A DNA stretch of 64,000 bases, taken from the NCBI GenBank assembly GCA_963717935.1, contig CAVQXP010000004.1, positions 672,001-736,000 on the forward strand, written 5' to 3'. Under the pieces are notes generated by a model. That model made no database searches. It was not told where the DNA came from and saw nothing but the letters and a program-made list of their open reading frames with translations. The stretch's first letter is position 1; every line of letters begins with the position of its first letter. Positions 10,592 through 19,721 of this stretch are shown here, piece after piece. This stretch comes from Candidatus Eiseniibacteriota bacterium. Its GTDB lineage: Bacteria > Eisenbacteria > RBG-16-71-46. Both the position numbers and the translations under genes were made by a program.

Positions 10592-13267
10592 ATGCGAAGC
10601 GCTCTGATCCCGACGTTCCTGTGGGTGCTGGCCGCCGGGGCCGCCCTCGCCGCCGGTCCCGCCCGAGCCGCCCAGGCCCCGCCCGACCCCGGTGACGCGC
10701 TTCCCCCCGTGCGCGCCGCGAGGCTGGCCTCGCCGGTCTCGGTGGACGGCGCGCTGACCGACGCCGCCTGGCAGGGCCCGCCCGCCATCACGCGGATGGT
10801 GCAGCTGCAGCCCTACGAGGGCGCGGTCGCGAACGACAGCACCTGGGTGTGGTTCGCCTTCGACGACCAGGCCCTGTACGTGGCGGCGCGCATGTGGGAC
10901 GCGCACCCCGATTCGATCATCGCCCCGCTCTTCCGCCGCGACGACTTCCTCCCCTGCGACTTCGCGGGCGTGATCCTCGACCCGTTCCACGATCACCGCA
11001 CGGGCTACGAGTTCGTCATCACCCCCTCCGGTGCGGTCATGGACGCCACCACGGCGAACGACGGCGAGGAGGACGCGTCCTGGGACGGCGTGTGGGAGGG
11101 ACGCGCCCGGCGCGACCCGCAGGGGTGGACCTGCGAGATGCGGATCCCGTTCTCGCAGTTGCGCTTCACCCCGGGCGAGCGCCAGGTGTGGGGCGTGAAC
11201 TTCGGCCGCAACGTGGCGCGCCGTGCCGAGAAGTCCTTCGCCGTGATCAAGCCGAAGGCGGAGAGCGACTTCTGGCCTCGTTTCCCGCACCTCGTGGGCA
11301 TCGAGCACGTGAAGAGCGGACGGACCGTCGAGTTGTCGCCCTACGTGACGGGGAAGGCGGAGTACCTGGCCCGGCCCCTGGGCGATCCCTTCAACGACGG
11401 TTCGCGCTACACGCCGGCCGTGGGCGGTGACCTGCGCGCCAGCCTGGGCAGCAACCTGACGCTGAACGCCACGGTGAACCCCGATTTCGGCCAGGTCGAG
11501 GTGGACCCGGCGATCGTGAACCTCTCGGACGTCGAGTCCTTCTACCAGGAGAAGCGCCCGTTCTTCACCGAGAACTCGCGGGTCTTCTCCTTCGGCCAGG
11601 ACGGTCCCAACGATTCCTGGGGCATGAACTGGCCGGAGCCGACGTTCTTCTACAGCCGCCGCATCGGGCGCGCGCCGCAGGGCGGCGTGCCGGGTGACGC
11701 GATGTTCGCGGACGTCCCGATGGCGTCTCACATCCTCGGTGCGGCGAAGCTGACCGGCCGGCCCGCCCCGGGCTGGAACTTCGGCACGCTGCAGGCGCTG
11801 ACCTCGCGCGAGCGGGCGAAGGTCTGGGTGGACGGGCTCGAATCGAGGACCGAGGTCGAGCCCCTGACCTGGTACGGGATGGTGCGCGGACAGCGGGAGT
11901 TCAAGGAGGGCCGCAACGGACTCGGGTTCCTTTCCACGCTGGCACAGCGGCGCTTCGGCGACGGCGGGCTCCTCGCGGACGCGCTCAACCGCCAGTCCCT
12001 GATGACCGGCCTGGACGGCTGGCACTTCCTCGACCCGAAGAAGGTCTGGGTGCTGTCGGGCTGGAGCGCCATGTCGAGGGTGGCGGGGACCGAGGCGCGC
12101 ATGAGCGAGCTGCAGCGCAGCTCGCGCCACTACTTCCAGCGGCCCGATGCCGACTACCTGGGCGTGAAGGACCGGACCTCGCTCACCGGCTTCGCCGGTC
12201 GCCTCGCGCTCAACAAGCAGGAGGGCAACGTCCGCTTCAATTCGGCCGTCGGGGTGCTGGACCCGAAGTTCGACGTGAGCGACATGGGCTATCAGTCCTA
12301 CGCCGACCTGGTCAACGCCCATGTGATGACGGGCTACAAGTGGACGAAGGCCAACCGCTGGCAGAGCGAGAGCCGGCTCGCGGGCTACGTCGCCAGCAAC
12401 TGGGACTTCGGCGGCGAGCGGGTCTGGTCCGAGGTCGGAGGGGCGGGCCACATCACGTTCATCAACAACCACAGGTTCGATGCCGAGGTGGACTGGTTTC
12501 CCGAGGCGACGGCGAACCGCCAGACCCGCGGCGGCCCGCGCATGCTGCGCCAAGCCGGCGGCGCGGCGAGCCTGCACTACGACACCGACGAGAACCGCCG
12601 CCTGTCCAGCTGCACCAACTTCGGGATCGAAGGCACGCCGGGCACGGATTCGTACGACTGGTTCGTGGCCCCGGCGCTGGCCTGGAAGCCCTCGCCGAGG
12701 GTCTACCTGAGTTTCGGTCCCTCGCTGGAGCGCAACGTCGCCGACGCGCAGTTCGTCACCTCGGTCGCGGCGCCCGGCGAGGTGCCGGCGGACTTCGGCG
12801 ACCGGCGCTACGTCTTCGCCCGCCTGGACCAGACCACGGTCGCCGCCAGCATCCGGCTCAACGTGACGTTCACGCCGGACCTCTCGCTGCAGACCTACAT
12901 CCAGCCGTTCATCTCGGCGGGACGCTTCTCGGACTTCAAGGAGCTGGCGCGCGCGGGCTCGTACGACTTCATCCACTACGGGCAGGTCCCGGGCACGTCG
13001 TACGTGGACGGCACGGTGACGCCGGCCGACGGAGGCACGCCGTTCGCGCTGGGAGATCCGTCGTTCAACTTCAAGTCCCTGCGCGGGAACGCGGTGCTGC
13101 GCTGGGAGTACCGGCCGGGTTCGGTGCTGTACCTGGTCTGGACGCAGGAGCGCACGGATGAGGAGGCGCTGGGAGACCTGCGGTTCGGCCCCTCCACGCG
13201 GCGCCTGCTCGACGCGCAGGCGAACGACATCTTCCTGGTGAAGGCGACCTACTACCTGAACCTGTAG
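10592..13267 (+). CDS. CBM9-like domain + DUF5916 outer-membrane protein, copy 4
   Basis: GAGGAG RBS; signal peptide; same motifs; ends KATYYLNL. Confidence 0.87.
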   Translation: MRSALIPTFLWVLAAGAALAAGPARAAQAPPDPGDALPPVRAARLASPVSVDGALTDAAWQGPPAITRMVQLQPYEGAVANDSTWVWFAFDDQALYVAARMWDAHPDSIIAPLFRRDDFLPCDFAGVILDPFHDHRTGYEFVITPSGAVMDATTANDGEEDASWDGVWEGRARRDPQGWTCEMRIPFSQLRFTPGERQVWGVNFGRNVARRAEKSFAVIKPKAESDFWPRFPHLVGIEHVKSGRTVELSPYVTGKAEYLARPLGDPFNDGSRYTPAVGGDLRASLGSNLTLNATVNPDFGQVEVDPAIVNLSDVESFYQEKRPFFTENSRVFSFGQDGPNDSWGMNWPEPTFFYSRRIGRAPQGGVPGDAMFADVPMASHILGAAKLTGRPAPGWNFGTLQALTSRERAKVWVDGLESRTEVEPLTWYGMVRGQREFKEGRNGLGFLSTLAQRRFGDGGLLADALNRQSLMTGLDGWHFLDPKKVWVLSGWSAMSRVAGTEARMSELQRSSRHYFQRPDADYLGVKDRTSLTGFAGRLALNKQEGNVRFNSAVGVLDPKFDVSDMGYQSYADLVNAHVMTGYKWTKANRWQSESRLAGYVASNWDFGGERVWSEVGGAGHITFINNHRFDAEVDWFPEATANRQTRGGPRMLRQAGGAASLHYDTDENRRLSSCTNFGIEGTPGTDSYDWFVAPALAWKPSPRVYLSFGPSLERNVADAQFVTSVAAPGEVPADFGDRRYVFARLDQTTVAASIRLNVTFTPDLSLQTYIQPFISAGRFSDFKELARAGSYDFIHYGQVPGTSYVDGTVTPADGGTPFALGDPSFNFKSLRGNAVLRWEYRPGSVLYLVWTQERTDEEALGDLRFGPSTRRLLDAQANDIFLVKATYYLNL

Positions 13268-13272
13268 CGGCC

Positions 13273-13302
13273 TCGACCTCCCGCGGCGGGCGTGGGTATA
13301 CT
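13273..13302 (+). promoter_or_regulatory. putative sigma70-type promoter of mqnE
   Basis: TCGACC-N18-TATACT about 30 nt before the ATG. Confidence 0.45.
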
Positions 13303-13330
13303 CCGCGCCCGCCTCATCCACGGAGGTCCC

Positions 13331-14506
13331 ATGCAGTGCCGAGAGCACGATCGCCTGGCCGCGGTCCGGCCCCGCGACCCGGCCGTGGCCGCCGCCCGGC
13401 GCACCCTGCTCGAGGGCGGGCGGCTCAGCCAGGAGGATGGCCTGCGTCTCTTCGCCGCGCCCGTGCTCGAGCTGGGACGCCTGGCCGACGCCTACGCGTG
13501 CGACCTGCACGGCGAGCGCGTCTACTTCACGGTCAACCGGCAGCTCAACCCGACCAACGTCTGCGTGCTCTCCTGCCGGTTCTGCGACTACGCGAAGAAG
13601 CCCGGCGCCCCCGGCGCCTACACCCTGACGAAGGAGCAGATCCTCGCGCATCTCGATCCCGGGATCACCGAGCTGCACATCACGGGTGGCCTGCACGACA
13701 GGTGGCGATTCGAGGACTACCTGGACGTCATCCGCTGGGTGAAGGAGGCGCGGCCCGACCTGCAGGTGAAGGCCTATACCGCGGTCGAGATCGACTTCTT
13801 CTGCCGCCTGACGAAGCAGCCGGTCGGGTGGGTGCTCGAGCGGCTGCGCGAGGTGGGGCTCGACGCCCTGCCCGGCGGCGGCGCCGAGGTGTTCAGCGAG
13901 CGCGTGCGCCGCGAGCTGTTCCGCCGGAAGATCGGCGGACAGCGCTGGCTCGAGATCCACGAGACCGCGCACCGGCTGGGCATCCCCTCGAACGCGACGC
14001 TGCTCTACGGCCACATCGAGACGCCGGCCGAGCGCGTGCAGCACCTGATCCTGCTGCGCGAGCTGGAGGACCGCGCGCCCGGCTTCCTCGCCTTCGTCCC
14101 GCTGGCCTTCCAGCCCGGCGTGACCGGCCTGGTGCGCCGGCAGGCCTCGGCCATCGAGGACCTCAAGACCATCGCGGTCTCGCGGCTGGTGTTCGACAAC
14201 GTGCCGCACGTCAAGTCCTACTGGGTCATGCTGGGGCACGACACCGCGAGCGTGGCGCTCAATTTCGGCGCGAGCGACCTGGATGGCACCATCGGCGCGG
14301 AGAAGATCGCGCACGCCGCGCAGGCGCGCAGCCCGGTCGGCCTGGCCGAGGAATCCATGGTGCAGACCATCCGCGAGGCCGGGAAGCTCCCCGTGCAGCG
14401 TGACGCGCTCTACCGCGTGGTGCGCGTGTACGGGCCGGGCACCGGCGCGGGGGCCGTCGCCGGACGCGTCCACGAGCGTGGCGCGGCCGGTGGGGCGACG
14501 GCGTGA
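13331..14506 (+). CDS. mqnE: aminofutalosine synthase MqnE (CofH/MqnC-family radical SAM)
   Basis: GGAGG RBS; LNPTNVCVLSCRFC (CxxxCxxC), LPGGGAEVF, NATLLYGHIE, HVKSYWVMLG, DLDGTI; other mqn genes in the window. Confidence 0.8.
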   Translation: MQCREHDRLAAVRPRDPAVAAARRTLLEGGRLSQEDGLRLFAAPVLELGRLADAYACDLHGERVYFTVNRQLNPTNVCVLSCRFCDYAKKPGAPGAYTLTKEQILAHLDPGITELHITGGLHDRWRFEDYLDVIRWVKEARPDLQVKAYTAVEIDFFCRLTKQPVGWVLERLREVGLDALPGGGAEVFSERVRRELFRRKIGGQRWLEIHETAHRLGIPSNATLLYGHIETPAERVQHLILLRELEDRAPGFLAFVPLAFQPGVTGLVRRQASAIEDLKTIAVSRLVFDNVPHVKSYWVMLGHDTASVALNFGASDLDGTIGAEKIAHAAQARSPVGLAEESMVQTIREAGKLPVQRDALYRVVRVYGPGTGAGAVAGRVHERGAAGGATA

Positions 14507-14886
14507 CTCCCGGTCATCAGACCGGGTTCCTCGCGCTGATCGAGGAGGCGCGGCCGCGCGTGAAGGAGATCGGCATCGCCGAGTACGGGGAGCGCCTCAT
14601 GCGACGCGAGCAGCACGTGCTGATCGACGTGCGCGAGGACCACGAGTGGGCGCGCGGACACCTGCCGGGGGCGATGCACCTGGGCAGGGGCATCATCGAG
14701 CGCGACATCGAGTCATGCTTCGCCAGCCGCAGCACGCCGATCGTCTGCTACTGCGGTGGCGGCTACCGCACCATCCTGGTCTGCGACAGCCTGCAGAAGA
14801 TGGGCTACACGAACGTGGTCTCGCTCGCGGGCGGTTTCCGCGGCTGGCAGGCGGCGGGTCTCCCGGTCGAGACGGACGGGGCGTAG
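14503..14886 (+). CDS. rhodanese-like sulfurtransferase
   Basis: LIDVREDHEW..GHLPGA, YCGGGYR active-site loop, SLAGGFRGW; GTGA overlap with mqnE. Confidence 0.88.
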   Translation: MTPGHQTGFLALIEEARPRVKEIGIAEYGERLMRREQHVLIDVREDHEWARGHLPGAMHLGRGIIERDIESCFASRSTPIVCYCGGGYRTILVCDSLQKMGYTNVVSLAGGFRGWQAAGLPVETDGA

Positions 14887-14909
14887 GCCGCCGGAGGCCC
14901 GGAGCCTCC

Positions 14910-15605
14910 CTATCGCAGCACCTCGTCCGGCACCGCCGGCAGTTGCGACATGCCCGTTGCGGGCAGTGCCTGCGGGTCGCGCAGGATCTTCAGTTGTCCC
15001 TGCGCGCGCATGAGCGTGGGCTGGAAGCCGGGGTTCTGCAGCCGGATCTCGGTGTAGACCTGCATCGCGTCCAGCGGCAGGCCGAGGTTCTCGTACGCCT
15101 GTCCCGACCAGCGCCGGACCTGCGCCCACTCGTCGTCGTCGCGCACGTTCGCGACCGCCGAGTCGAGCAACGCCAGCACGTGCAGTTGCATCCGGATCCG
15201 GTCGAGGCTCGTGCGCGCCGCCGAGCGCCCGGGGTTGTCCGCGCTGCCCACCCACATGAGGTTGTGCTGCGAGAGCGCCAGGCCGAGGAGGTATGTCGGG
15301 TTCGTGGGCTCGGTCGCCGCCACGCGCCGGAACCAGCGGACCGAGCGGGCCCAGTCCTGGGCCTGCTCCGCGGCGCGCACGCTGTCCATCAGCACGGCGA
15401 TCGGCAGGGTCTCCTTCGCCGGGCCCGCCGGCGTGGACCTCCGGTGCGCGAGGTTCCACGCCGCGGCGGCGAGGAGGAGCAGCGCGAGCGCGACGAGCGC
15501 GATGCGCGCGGGTGAGGGTCCGCGCCTGCCGGGCCGCGTCGTGCGCCGCCCGGACGCCTCCGCTCCGCCCTGAACGCGTCGCCTTCCGCCGCCGCCCCGG
15601 TTCAT
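14910..15605 (-). CDS. hypothetical membrane-anchored helical (TPR-like) protein
   Basis: ATG at 15605 overlaps the stop of the upstream gene (ATGA); basic N-terminus, one TM segment (IALVALALLLLAAAAW), TPR-like helices (GQAYENLGLPLDAMQVY). Confidence 0.6.
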   Translation of the reverse strand: MNRGGGGRRRVQGGAEASGRRTTRPGRRGPSPARIALVALALLLLAAAAWNLAHRRSTPAGPAKETLPIAVLMDSVRAAEQAQDWARSVRWFRRVAATEPTNPTYLLGLALSQHNLMWVGSADNPGRSAARTSLDRIRMQLHVLALLDSAVANVRDDDEWAQVRRWSGQAYENLGLPLDAMQVYTEIRLQNPGFQPTLMRAQGQLKILRDPQALPATGMSQLPAVPDEVLR

Positions 15606-17752
15606 CGCTTGGGGCCCTCGTCGAAACGGAAGGAGACCTCGCGCGCCCCGGCCGGAGCATCCACCCACGAGCTGCCCGTCACGTGCGCGCCCGCGCTCAG
15701 CGCGGCGATCGCGCGCGCCCCATCGGGCACCCGCACGCGCACCGGGACCGGGAGCGAATCGAGCCGCGCGCGCAGCACCCCGGCCGCGGGGCGCTCGAGC
15801 CGCACACTCGTGACGCCGAAGCGGGTGGGCGCCCGCTCGAGGCTCGTGCCGTCCCACCAGGCGAGCGGCGCGCCCAGCGCCACCTCGAGCGTGTCGCGCG
15901 TGTCGCAGACGATCATGTTCCGGATCAGGTCCACGAGCGTCGCGGCCGCGGTCGAGTGCGGTGGCAGGTTGGCGCCGAACCCGCCGGCGCGCTGGAACAT
16001 CTCGGCCTGCCCGAGCGTGCTGCTGCTGTGCGCGAGCAACCCCGCGAGCCAGGCGCGCGCCTCGGCCGGCCGGCCCGCGAGCAACGACCACTGCGCGAGG
16101 TCGGCGCCGAGGTAGGTGTGGAGCGAATCGTCGTCGCCGTAGCAGACGAGCCCGGTCGGCTCGCCGTGGGCGCGCATGCGACGCGCGAGGGCCGCGAGTC
16201 GCGGGTCGTCGGCGGCGAGCACGAGCGTGGGGTAACCCACGTTCGCGTTGCCCCAGTCGCGGCCCGGGCCCGGCCACGAGGGCGGGATGTCGGGGTGGCG
16301 CGTGGCCGCGAGCGCGGCGACGAAAGTCCCGCGGTAGTCGGCCGCGGTGGCGAGTGCCTCGCGGGCCAGCGAATCGTCACCGGCGGCGCGCGCGAGCGCC
16401 GCCACGGCGCGGCAGCCGGCGATGGCCCAGGCGTCGTTCCCGACCAGTGGCGCGCGCACCAGCTCGGCGTCGCGCGGATCGCCGTAGGGGAGCAGGCCCG
16501 CCCAGGGTAGACGCAGGCTGATGGTGTTGCCGCGCTGCCGGCGGATCCAACGCAGGCCATCGCGGGCCGCCGTGAGGAACTCCCTCGCGACCGCGGGCGA
16601 AGGCGGCAGCGACGCCACCTGCTCGAAGGCCCACAGGGCCTGGCCGGTGCCGTCGAGTTGCCCGCGCTGGGAGAGGAACACGCCGGTGGGGAGCTGGAAG
16701 CGCCCGAGCGTGCGGGCGTCGTCGCGCGCGAGGTCCGTGAGCCCCGCGACGGCCAGGGCCCGCACGACGCGCGCGCCGTCGCGCAGCCACACGTCGCGGT
16801 ACTGGAACGGATTCCCGATCGGGACCCAGTGGCCCGCGTCGCGCTCCTGGCAGACGACGAGGGTGACGAGGGCCGCCCGCCAGGCGAGGTCGGTGAGCGT
16901 GTCGGGGGTCTCGAGCGTCGTGGCCCGCGCCAGCCAGTCGCGCCAGAAGCGTCGCGACGCGGACACGATGCGCTCGTGCGAGGCCTGCTCGAGAGCCCGC
17001 CCACGCGGCGCGACGGGGTAGGCCGGCACGAGGAAGTCCCAGTGGCGCCGCTCGCCCGGAGCGAGGCGCGCGGCGCAGCGCGCGACCAGGGCCCCGGGCC
17101 CCGGGCCGGACGTGCGTGCCGGGCGCTGCACCGTGGGCGCGTCGGGTGGCAGCGCGACGGCGCGGTCCACGACGGCGACGACGCGGCCGTTGCGCAGCGC
17201 GGCGCGGCCGCTCCAGGCCTCGGTGAACGCGGTGTCTCCGGGCGCGTCCCAGGGCGCCGCGCCTGGTCCGGCGGGCCGCGCGCGCACCCGGACCTCGAAG
17301 CTCGCCTCGCCCGGCGCGGCGCCCAGCCACTCGGCCGTCGCCCGCACCGAGAGCAACAGGCTCGTGTCGCCGAGGGCGCGCTCGGGCGCGGCCGCCGCCT
17401 CGAACGTGACGCGCTGCCGCGCGTCGGTCAGGGTCCAGTGGGCGACCGGGACGCCGTCGCGCTCGAACCAGACGGGCGAGACGGTGCTCGAGTCGCCGGC
17501 CGGAAGCAGGCGCCACTCGAGGGCGCACTCCCCGGTGGAGACCACGCTGCCGTGCCCGGCCTGGAAGGCGCGCCGCGCGCCGGGCCAGCCGAGCGCCGCG
17601 AGCGAGTGCGTGTAGTGCTCGGGCAGGACCGCGATGCCGGCGCCGGGGACCGCGCGAGGGCCGGAGCAGCCGGACAGCGCGGCGGCGAGCGGGAGCGCCA
17701 GGGCGAGGGCGCGTGCGGATCGCGAACGGGGTGACCGGGGGCTCGAGGACAT
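15602..17752 (-). CDS. lipoprotein with six-hairpin (GH15/GH65/GH78-like) glycosidase domain
   Basis: Lipobox LSGC; PFQYRDVWLRDG motif typical of (alpha/alpha)6 glycosidases; GQLDGTGQALWA; C-terminal APTRFG. Confidence 0.6.
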   Translation of the reverse strand: MSSSPRSPRSRSARALALALPLAAALSGCSGPRAVPGAGIAVLPEHYTHSLAALGWPGARRAFQAGHGSVVSTGECALEWRLLPAGDSSTVSPVWFERDGVPVAHWTLTDARQRVTFEAAAAPERALGDTSLLLSVRATAEWLGAAPGEASFEVRVRARPAGPGAAPWDAPGDTAFTEAWSGRAALRNGRVVAVVDRAVALPPDAPTVQRPARTSGPGPGALVARCAARLAPGERRHWDFLVPAYPVAPRGRALEQASHERIVSASRRFWRDWLARATTLETPDTLTDLAWRAALVTLVVCQERDAGHWVPIGNPFQYRDVWLRDGARVVRALAVAGLTDLARDDARTLGRFQLPTGVFLSQRGQLDGTGQALWAFEQVASLPPSPAVAREFLTAARDGLRWIRRQRGNTISLRLPWAGLLPYGDPRDAELVRAPLVGNDAWAIAGCRAVAALARAAGDDSLAREALATAADYRGTFVAALAATRHPDIPPSWPGPGRDWGNANVGYPTLVLAADDPRLAALARRMRAHGEPTGLVCYGDDDSLHTYLGADLAQWSLLAGRPAEARAWLAGLLAHSSSTLGQAEMFQRAGGFGANLPPHSTAAATLVDLIRNMIVCDTRDTLEVALGAPLAWWDGTSLERAPTRFGVTSVRLERPAAGVLRARLDSLPVPVRVRVPDGARAIAALSAGAHVTGSSWVDAPAGAREVSFRFDEGPKR

Positions 17753-17934
17753 GATGGTCGTGTGACTCTAACGCAGCCGCGGCCGGCGTGCAGCCCCCGG
17801 GCCCGATGGGGCGCGCACCGGCGCGACCGGCCAAGCGTCGTTGCCGGGCCGCGCGCGGGCGCGTAGAGTGCATGCGCTCGTCCCGGACCCGCTCCGCGGG
17901 CGCTCCCGTCACCGCTCCCGTCCACGGAGGGACC

Positions 17935-19551
17935 TTGTCCGACCTCTTCGCTCCCGCGCCCTCCGCGAAGGCCACCGACCCGCAGCACGTGCTCGAAGGC
18001 GTCTTCGGCTTCCGCGAGTTCCGCCCGGGGCAGCGGCGGGTCATCGACGCGGTGCTCGCCGGACGCGACTGCATCGCGGTGATGCCGACCGGCGCGGGCA
18101 AGTCGCTCACCTTCCAGGTCCCGGCGCGGATCCTGCCCGGTCCGGTGCTGGTCATCTCGCCGCTCATCTCGCTGATGAAGGACCAGGTGGACGCGCTCAC
18201 CCGGGTCGGCTTCCGCGCCACGGTCCTCAACTCGACGGTCGAGTTCGACGAGCGCAGGCGCCGGCTGGCGGCGCTGCGGCGCGGCGAGCTGGAGCTGGTC
18301 TACGTCGCGCCCGAGGGGCTCGAAGGGTCGCTGCGCGACCTGATCGCCGGCTGCCGCATCAGCCTCGTGGTGGTGGACGAGGCGCACTGCATCAGCCACT
18401 GGGGGCACGATTTCCGGCCCGCCTACCGGCAGCTCGCGGGGCTCAAGGAGCTGATGGGCGACGTGCCGGTGCTGGCGCTCACCGCGACGGCGACGCGGCG
18501 CGTGACGGACGACATCATCCAGCAGCTGGGGATGCGCCAGCCCGAGGGCTACAAGGGCTCGTTCTTCCGCCCGAACCTGATCATCACCGCGCAGCGGAAA
18601 GGCGACGGAGGGCAACCGCGCAGCGCGAGCGATGGCCTGCTGCAGGCGGGCGCGAAGCGCAACTCGCGGAGCGACATCCTCGGCATCGTGCGCCGCCACG
18701 CCGGCGAGAGCGGCATCATCTACTGCCTCTCGCGGCGCTCGGTGGACTCGCTCTCCGCCTGGCTCGGCGAGCGCGGCGTGCGCGCGCTGGCCTACCACGC
18801 CGGGCTGCCCGACGAGGTGCGCCACGGCAACCAGGATGCCTTCGCGCGCGACGAGTGCGACGTCATCGTCGCCACCGTCGCCTTCGGCATGGGCATCGAC
18901 AAGAGCAACGTGCGCTTCGTCGTCCACCGCGACATGCCGAGGAGCGTGGAGGCCTGGTACCAGGAGATCGGCCGCGCCGGCCGCGACGGGCTCGCGAGCG
19001 ACTGCGTGCTGCTCTACTCGTGGGCCGACGTGATGGGCTACGAGAGGTTCCTCGACGGGATCGAGGATCCGGTGCTGAGGACCGAGACGCGCGCCAAGAC
19101 GGTGGAGATGTTCCGCCTCGCGGACCGCGGCGGCTGCCGCCACCAGGCGCTGGTGCGCTACTTCGACGAGGCCATCGAGCCCTGCGGCGGCTCGTGCGAC
19201 GTGTGCCGCGGGTCCGGGATCGACGCGGTCGTGGCCCGGGCGCCCGGACGCGGTGCGGCGGCGCGCGGCGGCGACGACCTCTTCGAGCGGCCTTCCTCCG
19301 CGAGGTCGCGCAGCCGTGCCGCGGGGGAGATCGTGAACCCCGAGACGTTCGAGCGACTGCGCGCCCTGCGCAAGCGGCTCGCCGACACCGAGGGCGTGCC
19401 CGCCTACATCGTCTTCAGCGACGCCGTGCTGCGGGAGATGGCGAAGCACGAGCCCCGGACGCGCGCGGGGTTGCTCGGCATCTCCGGAGTGGGGCCGGTC
19501 AAGCTCGAGCGCTACGGTGAGGCGTTCCTCGAGGTGCTGCGGGAGGGGTGA
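17935..19551 (+). CDS. recQ: RecQ family ATP-dependent DNA helicase with HRDC domain
   Basis: [57 protein letters not shown], Zn-binding Cys cluster, [16 protein letters not shown] start after GGAGG; TTGCCG-N17-TAGAGT promoter at 17841-17869. Confidence 0.93.
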   Translation: MSDLFAPAPSAKATDPQHVLEGVFGFREFRPGQRRVIDAVLAGRDCIAVMPTGAGKSLTFQVPARILPGPVLVISPLISLMKDQVDALTRVGFRATVLNSTVEFDERRRRLAALRRGELELVYVAPEGLEGSLRDLIAGCRISLVVVDEAHCISHWGHDFRPAYRQLAGLKELMGDVPVLALTATATRRVTDDIIQQLGMRQPEGYKGSFFRPNLIITAQRKGDGGQPRSASDGLLQAGAKRNSRSDILGIVRRHAGESGIIYCLSRRSVDSLSAWLGERGVRALAYHAGLPDEVRHGNQDAFARDECDVIVATVAFGMGIDKSNVRFVVHRDMPRSVEAWYQEIGRAGRDGLASDCVLLYSWADVMGYERFLDGIEDPVLRTETRAKTVEMFRLADRGGCRHQALVRYFDEAIEPCGGSCDVCRGSGIDAVVARAPGRGAAARGGDDLFERPSSARSRSRAAGEIVNPETFERLRALRKRLADTEGVPAYIVFSDAVLREMAKHEPRTRAGLLGISGVGPVKLERYGEAFLEVLREG

Positions 19552-19721
19552 CGAGCGGGATGCCGCTGCCGCCGGCTGCCGTCGCTCCGGGCCGTGCCCG
19601 TGCGATTCCGGTTGAAACCCCGGCCCGCGAGCGGCAAGCTGGGACGGTCGGCCGGGCGCCCTCAGCCCGGTCGATTCATGTTCCGGGGCAGGGGCGCACG
19701 GCGAACCGCGTCGGAGGGATC

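Noticed and set aside
282..13267. Diversity-generating retroelement or invertase shufflon acting on the DUF5916 array
   Set aside because: No reverse transcriptase, recombinase, template repeat or adenine-specific variation was seen; all copies are full-length and co-oriented.
237..14473. Very long antisense and alternate-frame ORFs (237-3260, 4400-7078, 5008-8088, 10571-14473; likewise 38502-40655 and 60755-63676)
   Set aside because: Shadow ORFs caused by extreme GC3 bias. They mirror well-supported genes, are Arg/Ala/Gly/Pro-rich and carry no motifs.
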